Origin: Fibrobacteria bacterium
GTDB taxonomy: Bacteria; Fibrobacterota; Fibrobacteria; UBA11236
Reading direction: 5' to 3'
DNA length: 64,000 nt
Assembly: GCA_043745805.1 (NCBI GenBank)
Contig: JAYTSD010000028.1
Coordinates: forward strand, 44,399-108,398
Of this stretch, positions 8,896 through 17,705 are shown piece after piece (within the stretch, counting starts at the first letter, position 1; every line of letters starts with the position of its first letter). The position numbers and the translations under genes were made by a program. Below the pieces are notes generated by a model. The model did not search any database, was not told the origin of the DNA, and saw only the letters and a program-made list of their open reading frames with translations.

Positions 8896-9552
8896 GTGAA
8901 AAAGTCGATCAAAGCGTTGGAAATATTGAATATCTTGGAAGAATACTATCCTAATCCACCTATTCCTTTAATTCATTATAGTCCTTTTACTTTATGCATT
9001 GCAGTATTGCTTTCGGCACAAACGACGGATAAAGCAGTGAACTTGGCTACACCAGCTCTATTTGCCTTAGCCGACAATCCCAAGGATATGCTTAAGCTAT
9101 CCATTCCCAAAATTCAAAGTTTAATTAAAACCATTGGCTTAGCACCAACTAAAGCCAAGGCCATTTGGAATCTCTCCCAACTAGTGATCAATAAATTCGG
9201 TGGGGAAATGCCACGCACTTTTGAAGAATTAGAAACCCTGCCCGGTGTGGGGCATAAAACCGCATCGGTGGTCATGTCGCAGGCTTTTGGTTTTGCAGCA
9301 TTTCCGGTGGATACACATATACATCGCTTAGCGCATCGTTGGGGATTATCTAACGGAAAAAATGTGGAGCAAACGGAAAAAGATTTGAAGGCTTTGTTTC
9401 CCGAAAAGCATTGGAATAAATTGCATTTACAAATTATTTATTATGGTCGTGAATATTGCCCAGCGCGAAATCATGACTTAATGAAGTGTAAAATTTGTGT
9501 GCAATATGGTGTAGCTTCGGTGTTACGTGCAGAGGCTTCTAAATCCAAATAG
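8896..9552 (+). CDS. nth: Endonuclease III
   Basis: LLSAQTTD, HhH LPGVGHKTA, PVDTH and a C-terminal Cys cluster. Confidence 0.95.
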   Translation: MKKSIKALEILNILEEYYPNPPIPLIHYSPFTLCIAVLLSAQTTDKAVNLATPALFALADNPKDMLKLSIPKIQSLIKTIGLAPTKAKAIWNLSQLVINKFGGEMPRTFEELETLPGVGHKTASVVMSQAFGFAAFPVDTHIHRLAHRWGLSNGKNVEQTEKDLKALFPEKHWNKLHLQIIYYGREYCPARNHDLMKCKICVQYGVASVLRAEASKSK

Positions 9553-9971
9553 ACCAAGCTCCAAAATATACGAAGCCTCTTTTTATTTAAATGGGGGTAC
9601 GGATAAGGTTTTTTTAAATTCACTTGGGCGAGGATTTGTAACATTTCTGTATTTGGAAGCATATTTGGTGACTTGTCCCATAATTTTTTGCGTTTTTTAG
9701 GGTAAAATATTAGTCAACAGTCATAGTTTAATGTTTTGTAAATACTTTTAAAATGTATTTTTGTAGTGTAAAATAAATATTTTAATATAGCTATATTCTT
9801 TTATTATTCAATAAAATAATATAATTAAAGACTTATTTGTAGTGTATTATTTTGTTAAATTATCTTTTAAATTGGAAATTTGAATTTGAAATGAGTTTGT
9901 CACTTAAACGAAAAAAAGTGTAATGCCCTTGTAAATATTTGTGAGGTTTAATTATCTTATTAGTTCCTCGA

Positions 9972-10036
9972 TTAGCTTCCGTTGCGCGGGTAATAACGGG
10001 CTAGTCATTTATGCGGCGACTCTTCGGAGTCGCCGT
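9972..10036 (+). other. GC-rich structured leader (two hairpins, one with a UUCG tetraloop)
   Basis: GCGGCGACTC-TTCG-GAGTCGCCGT (10013-10036) plus an upstream imperfect stem, inside an otherwise AT-rich intergenic region. Confidence 0.5.
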
Positions 10037-10128
10037 CCTCGTTTTAAGAATTATTTTAGCGAACTTTTTTTCGACTAAAGCAATGAACGGTTGCCGCTTA
10101 AACCCAAAAAATCCATTTTCTGAATTCG

Positions 10129-13100
10129 ATGATGAATCTTAAGTCAAACTATCTTCCCTTGGTAATTTTACTCACATTATTATACGGCATTGGAATAAGC
10201 GGACAGGTTTATACCATTGACAATACCCATACGCTTTCTTCTGTGGCAACCACGATAGCCTCACTTGCCCCCACGGATACATCAACTCAACAAATTCGTT
10301 TTAAAGAATATTCCAATGTGAGCCAAAGCTCCTTCAAATTGATTTCTGCTTTTCAAGGCAATATTGTTTTTGAACGTGAGTCTGAAAGCGATTCGCTGAT
10401 CACTATTCCACAAGACTCAATTCTTTTTGAATTTAAACGCATTAAGGGGACGGTAACCTTAAGGGGACTAGCCTTTAAATTGAATGGGGATAATAGTGTG
10501 CTCATTGCAGGTTCGGAAACAGGTAAGGAAAATGCCAAACTCATTTTGGATTCGTGCATTATCATGGGTGACGACATCAAATCCACTTTTATTTCATGGT
10601 TGGGTAAAGTGGATAGTCGCATTGAAATACGCCGCTCCTATTTCGTGGCAAAAAATGGAACAAGTTTAATCAATTTAAATGCTGGTACGATTGTATTAGA
10701 AAATAATGCAATTAATTTTAGTGGCCGAATTATTTCCAGCGCGAATGAATTATTACATGTTGAATATAATACTGTGATACGAACTCAATTGGATTGTCGT
10801 GATGGAAATAATGCGGTGGCGACTTTTTTAAATAATTGGTTTCCTTTAAGAGGTAGAGATTATTCTAAGCCACCTAATACGGTAGGCTATTTCCCCATTT
10901 ATTTTGCAGGTTTTTTTTCAGTGAATGATACGATTAAAAATAATTTGATTTCCAATGGGGAATGGAAAGGTTTTGATTTTCCCGACGGCACTTCAAAATT
11001 TAGCGATATCTCCAATAAACATAATGCACGCCCATCCTCGCGCGACACCACAGAATTATGGAATTGGTATTTTTTGGATTCAACGAATGTCGGTTTTGGT
11101 GCTGGCCCACATAGAAAAAAAACAGCGTATAATGTTTTTCCTGACTCCAATGAATTTAGTACTTCATTTGATAATCGGTTTTTGCGTTTAAGTTTTATGT
11201 CTTCCGCAATTCCCCGCACATTAGTTCCCGAGTATAGTTCGGTGCTGCTTTCAGATACATCCTTGTATAATGATTTGCGTTTGGTTTGGCCACAAAAAGG
11301 GGGATTACATTTCGGCGCATTTAAAATATTTAGTATCATACTGGATACGGTAACAAATTTTGGTACGCCGATATTATTAGCTAATCAAGGCGCAACGGGA
11401 TTATATAAAAGACAAAGTTCAGGGTCTGCAAATGAAAATGATAAAGTTATTCTTTTTAGTAATGAATGGCTCTCGGCAAAATATTTTCATCCTGCCTTCA
11501 GCGCAAATACATCAAAAGGCATTAACATCACTCCTGATTCGCAAAACTTAGGCGTAGGTGACAGTATTCTTTTTACTCAAGTTACTTTACCGGGTAGAAC
11601 TATTTTTGTGGGTTCAAGCGCACCGCCAATGCCTAGCAACTATCGTGATTTAAATGTGAGTGTGGGTTATAGTACCAATGCCGTATTAAATGGAAATATT
11701 GATTTTGGAACCAATGTCAAAACACAAATCCCCTATGAGGCGAATAAGGTTTATTGGTGGATTCCTTCTGGTGATACACTATTGTCTACCACAAGCAAGA
11801 ATGGACGCTTTATGTCGAAATATAAGGCCGTAAATGCCTTACAGGCCTATCTCGTCGAAGTAGTAAATACCCCCAAAGGTAAAAGCAGCTTATCCTCTTC
11901 TACATGGGGACAAATTCAATTTCAATCTGAAAATGGTTTTCAATTTTATTTGGATAGCACTTCTTTTACTGCGGATAGCAATAAATATGGGAGCAGTAGT
12001 AAACCTTTAAAGTTTGATTGGGCGGGGCGAGGAATTAATGATAGTGTGATTTGGAGTGGGAATTTTAAAACACCCGATCATGAACTTTGGAAAAATGTCA
12101 ATGGAGTATATTCGCCGGTGCTGGTTAAAGCAGATAGTTCGCATTTTGAATTTGCATTGTCGGCAGGCGATAGTAATGCTTATTTCTTTCAAGCCATTCC
12201 TTTTAATGTGTTTAAAAACCAACTATTTACAGCTACCCTAGGTGATGTTTCCGTTGCGAATTTATTGTCTTCGAATTCCGGTAAAATAAGTTTTGCGAAT
12301 GCCGATCCAGATCCGCTCGATCCTTTATTTCTGAATACTAAATGGCTCGGTGGTAAATCGATAAAAACTTTACGCATCAATTTAACACAAGCTTATCAAA
12401 TCATTTTGGACCAAGTGAAAGCCCATGCCCCCAGTGATAAGGTTAAGCTATTGGGATATGATGGCAGTAATTGGATGGCCATGGATTCCGGCAATTTTGT
12501 GCTGGGCTCGCCGAGTAAATATCAATTTAATTTGCCCTTACTGCCTTCGTTACCATTAAGTGGAATTAGTAAATTTGCTATTCTAGAAGTATTACCTCCG
12601 GCAGAAAATATAGTGACCTTTACGGAGCCAGTTGTAAAAGGGGAAACCGCGGTAACCTTTTTGGCTGTAACTAAACCTGGTTTTGATTCTTCGGTTATAA
12701 AAAAATATGGAGTACAAATGTTTTCGCTCAATGCTCAAGGGCAATTTGTGGCCGAATCTCCACCCGATTCTTTAAGCGCTAAGCCAATAGGCACCGCATT
12801 GACCAAGACTTTATCACCGGGGAAAATTTATTGGTATCAATTACAATATTTGGAAAAAGATTATCAAGTTTATGGAAATCAATTGGTGAATAATTTGGAG
12901 GGGCCTAAAATTAAATATGGTGATTTGCCGCTGATTTCACCCACTGCAAAAAATCATTGGCAAATTATTGGTTTTCCGTTTGATGGATTGGGTAAACATT
13001 TTATTAAAAATTCAAATTTGGAATTGGATGTCTTGAAATTTAAAGATGTATCGGAATTTTATGATGGTATCGCGAAGGTTACAAATAATGGAGCAAAGGA

Positions 13101-14259
13101 CAGTTCTTATTTTAATAAGGTTGCCTTTCCACAAACCTTAAAAAGAGCGAGTGCCTATTTGTTTGCCGCTTCCCGCCCCTTTAACTTCGCTCTAGATAGC
13201 ACGGCTAAGTTTCCTGACGGCAAAGTTTATACCACGGCTGCATCGTCTGCGGGTTGGAAGTTTATTGGAAACCCATTTCCTTTTCCTTTTGCGGTGAACG
13301 CGATTCATTCCAATCAGGATCAAAACTTTGTTTTTCAAAATTTAACTTTTAAGGACACTCTGGAAACCTATCAGTGGGATACGGTTACTGTTCTGCAACC
13401 CTTTAAAGGCTATGCGGTTTATTTACAGGCTGGTGAAATGTTAAGCTTTGATCCCTTTAAATTAGGTAATAATGCCCTTGCCAAAAAAAGCAGAATGGCT
13501 AATTTGCAAGCCGTAAACCCATGGGCCACGTTAAAGATTGGTGAGGATGTCAATGCGCTCTCAGGCATGACTTTTTTTGCTGGAAATAAATACCGCTCTA
13601 TTCCGAATTTGCCTGCACTGCAACAAAAGCTTAGACTTAAAATAGGTGGCGGCGAGGGCTATTTATACAAAGCCGTGACACTGTCGGATAAAGCCATGTC
13701 GCTGTCAAAAAAAGCCATGACGGTCATGGAAATAAATGAAAGCTTGAATATTTTTAGCGATAAAACAAAATCGGCTTTATTGAAATTCACTTCGGAGGCG
13801 GATAAGGATTTAGAGACTTTTGCATTATGGAACAAAAATTCTGGGGAAACTATTCAGGCTAATCATGAGGTAACTTTGCAGTTAATAGCAGGAAATAATG
13901 CTTATCAATTTATTGCAGGCGATTCTGATTTTGTAAAGCAAACTTTAAGTGCTTTGCAGGCAAATATTAAAGACCTGCAATTAACTTTGCAAAATTATCC
14001 GAATCCATTTAATGCGCAAACTCAAATCAACTTTACTTTACCGGCGGGTTTAGGGCATTATGAAAAATTAGCTTTGGAAATAATTAATTTGCAAGGTATT
14101 CGCATTTGGAATAAGTCCCTAAATGATTTTACCTTGGGTTCACATTTTATTGCGATCGAGCCTTTACATTGGGCGCCCGGAGTTTATGTGGCAAAATTAA
14201 GAGTGCAAACCGACAAAAAAACTTTTACCATTAAACGGAAGATGATGAGGGTACCTTGA
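10129..14259 (+). CDS. Large secreted protein with T9SS type-A-like C-terminal sorting domain
   Basis: Signal peptide; beta-rich body; GWKFIGNPFPF motif; C-terminus QNYPNPFNAQTQINFTLP...PGVYVAKL...KRKMM. Confidence 0.85.
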   Translation: MMNLKSNYLPLVILLTLLYGIGISGQVYTIDNTHTLSSVATTIASLAPTDTSTQQIRFKEYSNVSQSSFKLISAFQGNIVFERESESDSLITIPQDSILFEFKRIKGTVTLRGLAFKLNGDNSVLIAGSETGKENAKLILDSCIIMGDDIKSTFISWLGKVDSRIEIRRSYFVAKNGTSLINLNAGTIVLENNAINFSGRIISSANELLHVEYNTVIRTQLDCRDGNNAVATFLNNWFPLRGRDYSKPPNTVGYFPIYFAGFFSVNDTIKNNLISNGEWKGFDFPDGTSKFSDISNKHNARPSSRDTTELWNWYFLDSTNVGFGAGPHRKKTAYNVFPDSNEFSTSFDNRFLRLSFMSSAIPRTLVPEYSSVLLSDTSLYNDLRLVWPQKGGLHFGAFKIFSIILDTVTNFGTPILLANQGATGLYKRQSSGSANENDKVILFSNEWLSAKYFHPAFSANTSKGINITPDSQNLGVGDSILFTQVTLPGRTIFVGSSAPPMPSNYRDLNVSVGYSTNAVLNGNIDFGTNVKTQIPYEANKVYWWIPSGDTLLSTTSKNGRFMSKYKAVNALQAYLVEVVNTPKGKSSLSSSTWGQIQFQSENGFQFYLDSTSFTADSNKYGSSSKPLKFDWAGRGINDSVIWSGNFKTPDHELWKNVNGVYSPVLVKADSSHFEFALSAGDSNAYFFQAIPFNVFKNQLFTATLGDVSVANLLSSNSGKISFANADPDPLDPLFLNTKWLGGKSIKTLRINLTQAYQIILDQVKAHAPSDKVKLLGYDGSNWMAMDSGNFVLGSPSKYQFNLPLLPSLPLSGISKFAILEVLPPAENIVTFTEPVVKGETAVTFLAVTKPGFDSSVIKKYGVQMFSLNAQGQFVAESPPDSLSAKPIGTALTKTLSPGKIYWYQLQYLEKDYQVYGNQLVNNLEGPKIKYGDLPLISPTAKNHWQIIGFPFDGLGKHFIKNSNLELDVLKFKDVSEFYDGIAKVTNNGAKDSSYFNKVAFPQTLKRASAYLFAASRPFNFALDSTAKFPDGKVYTTAASSAGWKFIGNPFPFPFAVNAIHSNQDQNFVFQNLTFKDTLETYQWDTVTVLQPFKGYAVYLQAGEMLSFDPFKLGNNALAKKSRMANLQAVNPWATLKIGEDVNALSGMTFFAGNKYRSIPNLPALQQKLRLKIGGGEGYLYKAVTLSDKAMSLSKKAMTVMEINESLNIFSDKTKSALLKFTSEADKDLETFALWNKNSGETIQANHEVTLQLIAGNNAYQFIAGDSDFVKQTLSALQANIKDLQLTLQNYPNPFNAQTQINFTLPAGLGHYEKLALEIINLQGIRIWNKSLNDFTLGSHFIAIEPLHWAPGVYVAKLRVQTDKKTFTIKRKMMRVP

Positions 14260-15101
14260 AGTTATATCTTAACGGAATCTTCCTAATTTTGTTTTTCGCC
14301 TGTAAATTAACTTTGGCTTTTCATTGTGATGACTCTCGTGGAGCCAGCCAAAATTTGCCTTTAGATATAGGTCCAAGCGATACTTTGGCGAAGCTTCCAT
14401 ATACTATGCATTGTGACACAATGTGGGTTCCTAAGGGCCAAATTACCCGTATTCATGCGGGTAGCCATTTATTTTTTGCGAAAAGTATTGCCGACGGCTG
14501 GATAAAAGTTGAGGGTGTTTTAAAAATTGAAGGCAGTAAAGATAATTATGTATTCATTTCCGGGGCGGTAGAAAATATAAAGGGAAATTTACAACCCACA
14601 GCAAAAAAATGGAATGGAATAGAAGTTACCCCTAATGGTGAATTGGAAATGAAATTCGTTGGGGTGACTAATGCACCCAATGCGATTACCGCTTTTTCAA
14701 ACAAAGTAAAAATCACTAATTCTTGGTTTAAAGGATCTTCGGGATTGTATTTCCCTGATGGAAGCTTGTATAAAATGGAACCTAAATGGGAAGCTATTAA
14801 TGCCATTGATTTTGCACAAGGTAACACCAATGTTTTACCTATTGCGACAACACCCAAGGCTGCAAACTCAGCACCCAAAGAAGATAAACTTTCTGCTAAT
14901 GAAAAATCGTCCTTATTTAAAAACCCAAACCCATGGAGTATGGGAAAAAAAATAGGGGCGGCTTCTGCATTAGGTGTGGTAGGGATTGTAGGCGGTTACT
15001 GGATTTTTCATGGGAAGAGTTCAGGATCGGGAAATACCGATCCTGACAATGCTAAACTCTCGCCTTTGGATCCACTGGGTGATATCCCTTTTCCGAAGTA
15101 A
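14256..15101 (+). CDS. Hypothetical exported protein (beta-helix-like) with C-terminal TM
   Basis: Overlaps the upstream stop; signal-like N-terminus; VEGVLKIEGS...WNGI pattern; C-terminal hydrophobic segment. Confidence 0.7.
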   Translation: MKLYLNGIFLILFFACKLTLAFHCDDSRGASQNLPLDIGPSDTLAKLPYTMHCDTMWVPKGQITRIHAGSHLFFAKSIADGWIKVEGVLKIEGSKDNYVFISGAVENIKGNLQPTAKKWNGIEVTPNGELEMKFVGVTNAPNAITAFSNKVKITNSWFKGSSGLYFPDGSLYKMEPKWEAINAIDFAQGNTNVLPIATTPKAANSAPKEDKLSANEKSSLFKNPNPWSMGKKIGAASALGVVGIVGGYWIFHGKSSGSGNTDPDNAKLSPLDPLGDIPFPK

Positions 15102-15174
15102 TTGTTTTTCCACAAACCAAAAACAAACGCATTTTATTTTAAAAATGAATAAATGAGCATTTAAACCACAATTT

Positions 15175-15342
15175 GTACCTAACTTATTTATAATATAAAG
15201 TAAAATATTAGGTACTTTTATATAGTGTCCGCAAAATTTTGAGTTCAAATAGCTTTAATTATCTAAAAAACCTTAAAAAATGATTAAAAAAATGATTTTA
15301 TACCTAATAAAATTGTATTAAACTTAATAAGTTAGGTATAAA
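15175..15342. promoter_or_regulatory. Two inverted copies of an operator-like unit TACCTAA-N24/25-TTAGGTA
   Basis: TACCTAA 15176-15182 with TTAGGTA 15208-15214; TACCTAA 15301-15307 with TTAGGTA 15332-15338. Confidence 0.6.
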
Positions 15343-15344
15343 TT

Positions 15345-15665
15345 ATGAGTATTATCTTTGGCATTTTAAAAGAAGAAAACGAGCGACTTAAAGAAGCTAT
15401 GAAGCTTTATGCAGAACGTGTGGAAAAATTACCGCGCGGAACTCCATGGGTAAAAAAACGTGGCGAGCGAAAATATGCTTACCTGGCTTATCACGAAGAA
15501 GGAACGGTGCATTTTGATTATGTAGCGCCCATACCTTCGATTAAATATGATACCATGTTGCAAATGGTGAAGGAGCGTAACCTATTAGTTACTAGTCTAA
15601 AGAACATGCGCAAGGATTTAATGATAATCGAAAGGACATTGCGCAATGTCAGTCGAGCGAAGTGA
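15345..15665 (+). CDS. Small basic putative DNA-binding protein, partner of the nucleotidyltransferase
   Basis: LPRGTPWVKKRGERKYAYLAY beta-hairpin flanked by helices; overlaps the downstream gene. Confidence 0.7.
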   Translation: MSIIFGILKEENERLKEAMKLYAERVEKLPRGTPWVKKRGERKYAYLAYHEEGTVHFDYVAPIPSIKYDTMLQMVKERNLLVTSLKNMRKDLMIIERTLRNVSRAK

Positions 15666-16344
15666 ACCTCATAATGATATATTTCTCTTAGTTCTCAAAG
15701 CTTTGAATGAAGCGGGGGCCTTAAACGAACTTGTGCTTATAGGGAGTTGGTGTCTCTTGCTTTATCGGCAGCATTTTAACAATAACGATCTTATACCAGC
15801 GGTACGCACAACCGATATCGATCTTTTGGTACCTCGACCAAGCAAACCTATGCGGGAAGTGGATATACCGAAAGTCTTAGCGAGCGTGGGATTTTTGGAA
15901 CAAGTTGCTTGGATAACAGGCTACTGTAAGTTTAATCGCGAAGGTTTTGTAGTAGAATTTCTAACTCCATTGCGGGGAAGCGTAGAAGAGCAGGTAACAT
16001 TGGTGAAACCTCTTAAGATAACTGCACAAGGTTTACGACACTTGAATTATCAAGAAGATGAGCTTATGACTTTATATTATCATGGTTTTGCGGTGCGAGT
16101 ACCACGCCCGGAACTTTATACTCTGTTTAAGTTCATTGTGCATGAAGAACGAAAAAATCCTGCGAAGAAAGAAAAAGATTTGGATACAGCACAACAGTTG
16201 GCGCGTTTCTTGATGGAGAGTGAAAGTGGACGTGCGGGCCTACTGTGGGCTTTTTCACGTTTGACTAAAAAAGAGCGACAAGCGGTTTTGCGAATAGTAA
16301 TAGACAAGGCCCCTTTACTGGGGGCTTTGTTCCAAAGTGTATAG
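15646..16344 (+). CDS. GSU2403-family (NTP_transf_8-like) nucleotidyltransferase
   Basis: LVLIGSW...RTTDIDL, VEFLTP, VPRPE..LFK and KKEKD motifs. Confidence 0.8.
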   Translation: MSVERSEPHNDIFLLVLKALNEAGALNELVLIGSWCLLLYRQHFNNNDLIPAVRTTDIDLLVPRPSKPMREVDIPKVLASVGFLEQVAWITGYCKFNREGFVVEFLTPLRGSVEEQVTLVKPLKITAQGLRHLNYQEDELMTLYYHGFAVRVPRPELYTLFKFIVHEERKNPAKKEKDLDTAQQLARFLMESESGRAGLLWAFSRLTKKERQAVLRIVIDKAPLLGALFQSV

Positions 16345-16406
16345 AGATAGGTATCACCTGAGTTATATGAGTATTTGACAATACCCATCATTACACAATA
16401 AGTTTC

Positions 16407-17519
16407 TCACACATTCGACAAGAAATGCACGATGTCGCCATCTTGCATGACATATTCTTTCCCTTCAGTACGTACTACACCCTTTTCTTTAGCGGCTGGC
16501 CAATTGCCAAACTTTATAAAATCAACAAAGCCAAGTACTTCGGCGCGAATAAATCCCCGTTCCAAATCGCTATGAATAACCCCTGCAGCGGCGGGAGCTT
16601 TCCAACCTTTATGAATAGTCCAAGCGCGGGTTTCTTGTGGACCGGCAGTTAAATAAGTTTGTAGGCCTAGCATATCAAAGCCTTTGCGAATCACTTGATC
16701 TAAGCCACTTTCTTTTAAACCCATTTCATGCAGAAAAGTTTCTTTTTCATCTTCACTTAATTCTGCAATTTCACTTTCAATTTTTCCACTTATAGAAAGG
16801 ACGTCACAATTTTGGTCTTTGGCATAAGTTTGAAGAGCAGTTAAATGCGCATTGCCCGTTTGAATTTCGTCTTCACGCATATTGGCGCAATAGAACATGG
16901 GTTTGGTGGTTAATAAACCTAAATCTTTAATGCTAAAGGATTCTTCTTCGGTTAAATCCGCGTTCCGACCGGGTTTAGTATTGTTGAATACTTCCATTAA
17001 CTTTTCCATAGCCGAAACACGAAGTTTAACCTCTTTGGCTTCCTTTGGATCGCTGATGGCTGTGGGTGATAGCTTTTTATCACGACCTAGTTTTTTACTC
17101 ACGGTGTCCATATCGCGCAGGATTAATTCCATGTTTACAATATCCGCATCAAAAACAGGATCTATCTTGCCTACTACATGGGTAACATCAATGTCTTCAA
17201 AACAACGAACCACATGCATAATGGCATCGGTTTCTCGAATATGCGAAAGAAATTGATTGCCTAAGCCTTCCCCTTGCGAGGCGCCCTTAACTAATCCTGC
17301 GATGTCAACGAATTGCATTATCGCGGGAATTTCCTTCTTGGATTTGTAAACCGTGGATAATTGGCGAATCCGTTTATCAGGAATATTAACCATACCCACA
17401 TTGGGTTCTTTAGTGCAGAAAGGAAAATTGGCAGCTTCTGCTCCTGCGCTTGTTAAAGCATTGAAAATTGTGGATTTTCCAACATTAGGTAAACCGACTA
17501 TTCCACATTTAAATCCCAT
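16407..17519 (-). CDS. ychF: Ribosome-binding ATPase YchF
   Basis: GIVGLPNVGKST, DIAGLVKGASQGEGLGNQFL and a TGS end. Start moved to ATG 17519, which has a GGAG RBS. Confidence 0.97.
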   Translation of the reverse strand: MGFKCGIVGLPNVGKSTIFNALTSAGAEAANFPFCTKEPNVGMVNIPDKRIRQLSTVYKSKKEIPAIMQFVDIAGLVKGASQGEGLGNQFLSHIRETDAIMHVVRCFEDIDVTHVVGKIDPVFDADIVNMELILRDMDTVSKKLGRDKKLSPTAISDPKEAKEVKLRVSAMEKLMEVFNNTKPGRNADLTEEESFSIKDLGLLTTKPMFYCANMREDEIQTGNAHLTALQTYAKDQNCDVLSISGKIESEIAELSEDEKETFLHEMGLKESGLDQVIRKGFDMLGLQTYLTAGPQETRAWTIHKGWKAPAAAGVIHSDLERGFIRAEVLGFVDFIKFGNWPAAKEKGVVRTEGKEYVMQDGDIVHFLSNV

Positions 17520-17705
17520 TAAAAAGCTCCTGAAACAATTTTTGAACAGGGGAAAGTTAATCTGGCAGGGCAGAGGTTGCAATAAAAAGCCGAAAAATGC
17601 TTAAAAAAGCTAAATCTGGATAAATTTGCCAGATTTGCGAGATGCCTTTTTTATGAGATAATAAAAATGCATGTTTCATTTTGGGTTTTAGAGAGACAAA
17701 GGGTT

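Noticed and set aside
9560-9960. AT-rich tract as origin, CRISPR leader or hidden gene
   Set aside because: No repeats-spacers, DnaA box cluster or credible ORF; treated as a promoter region.
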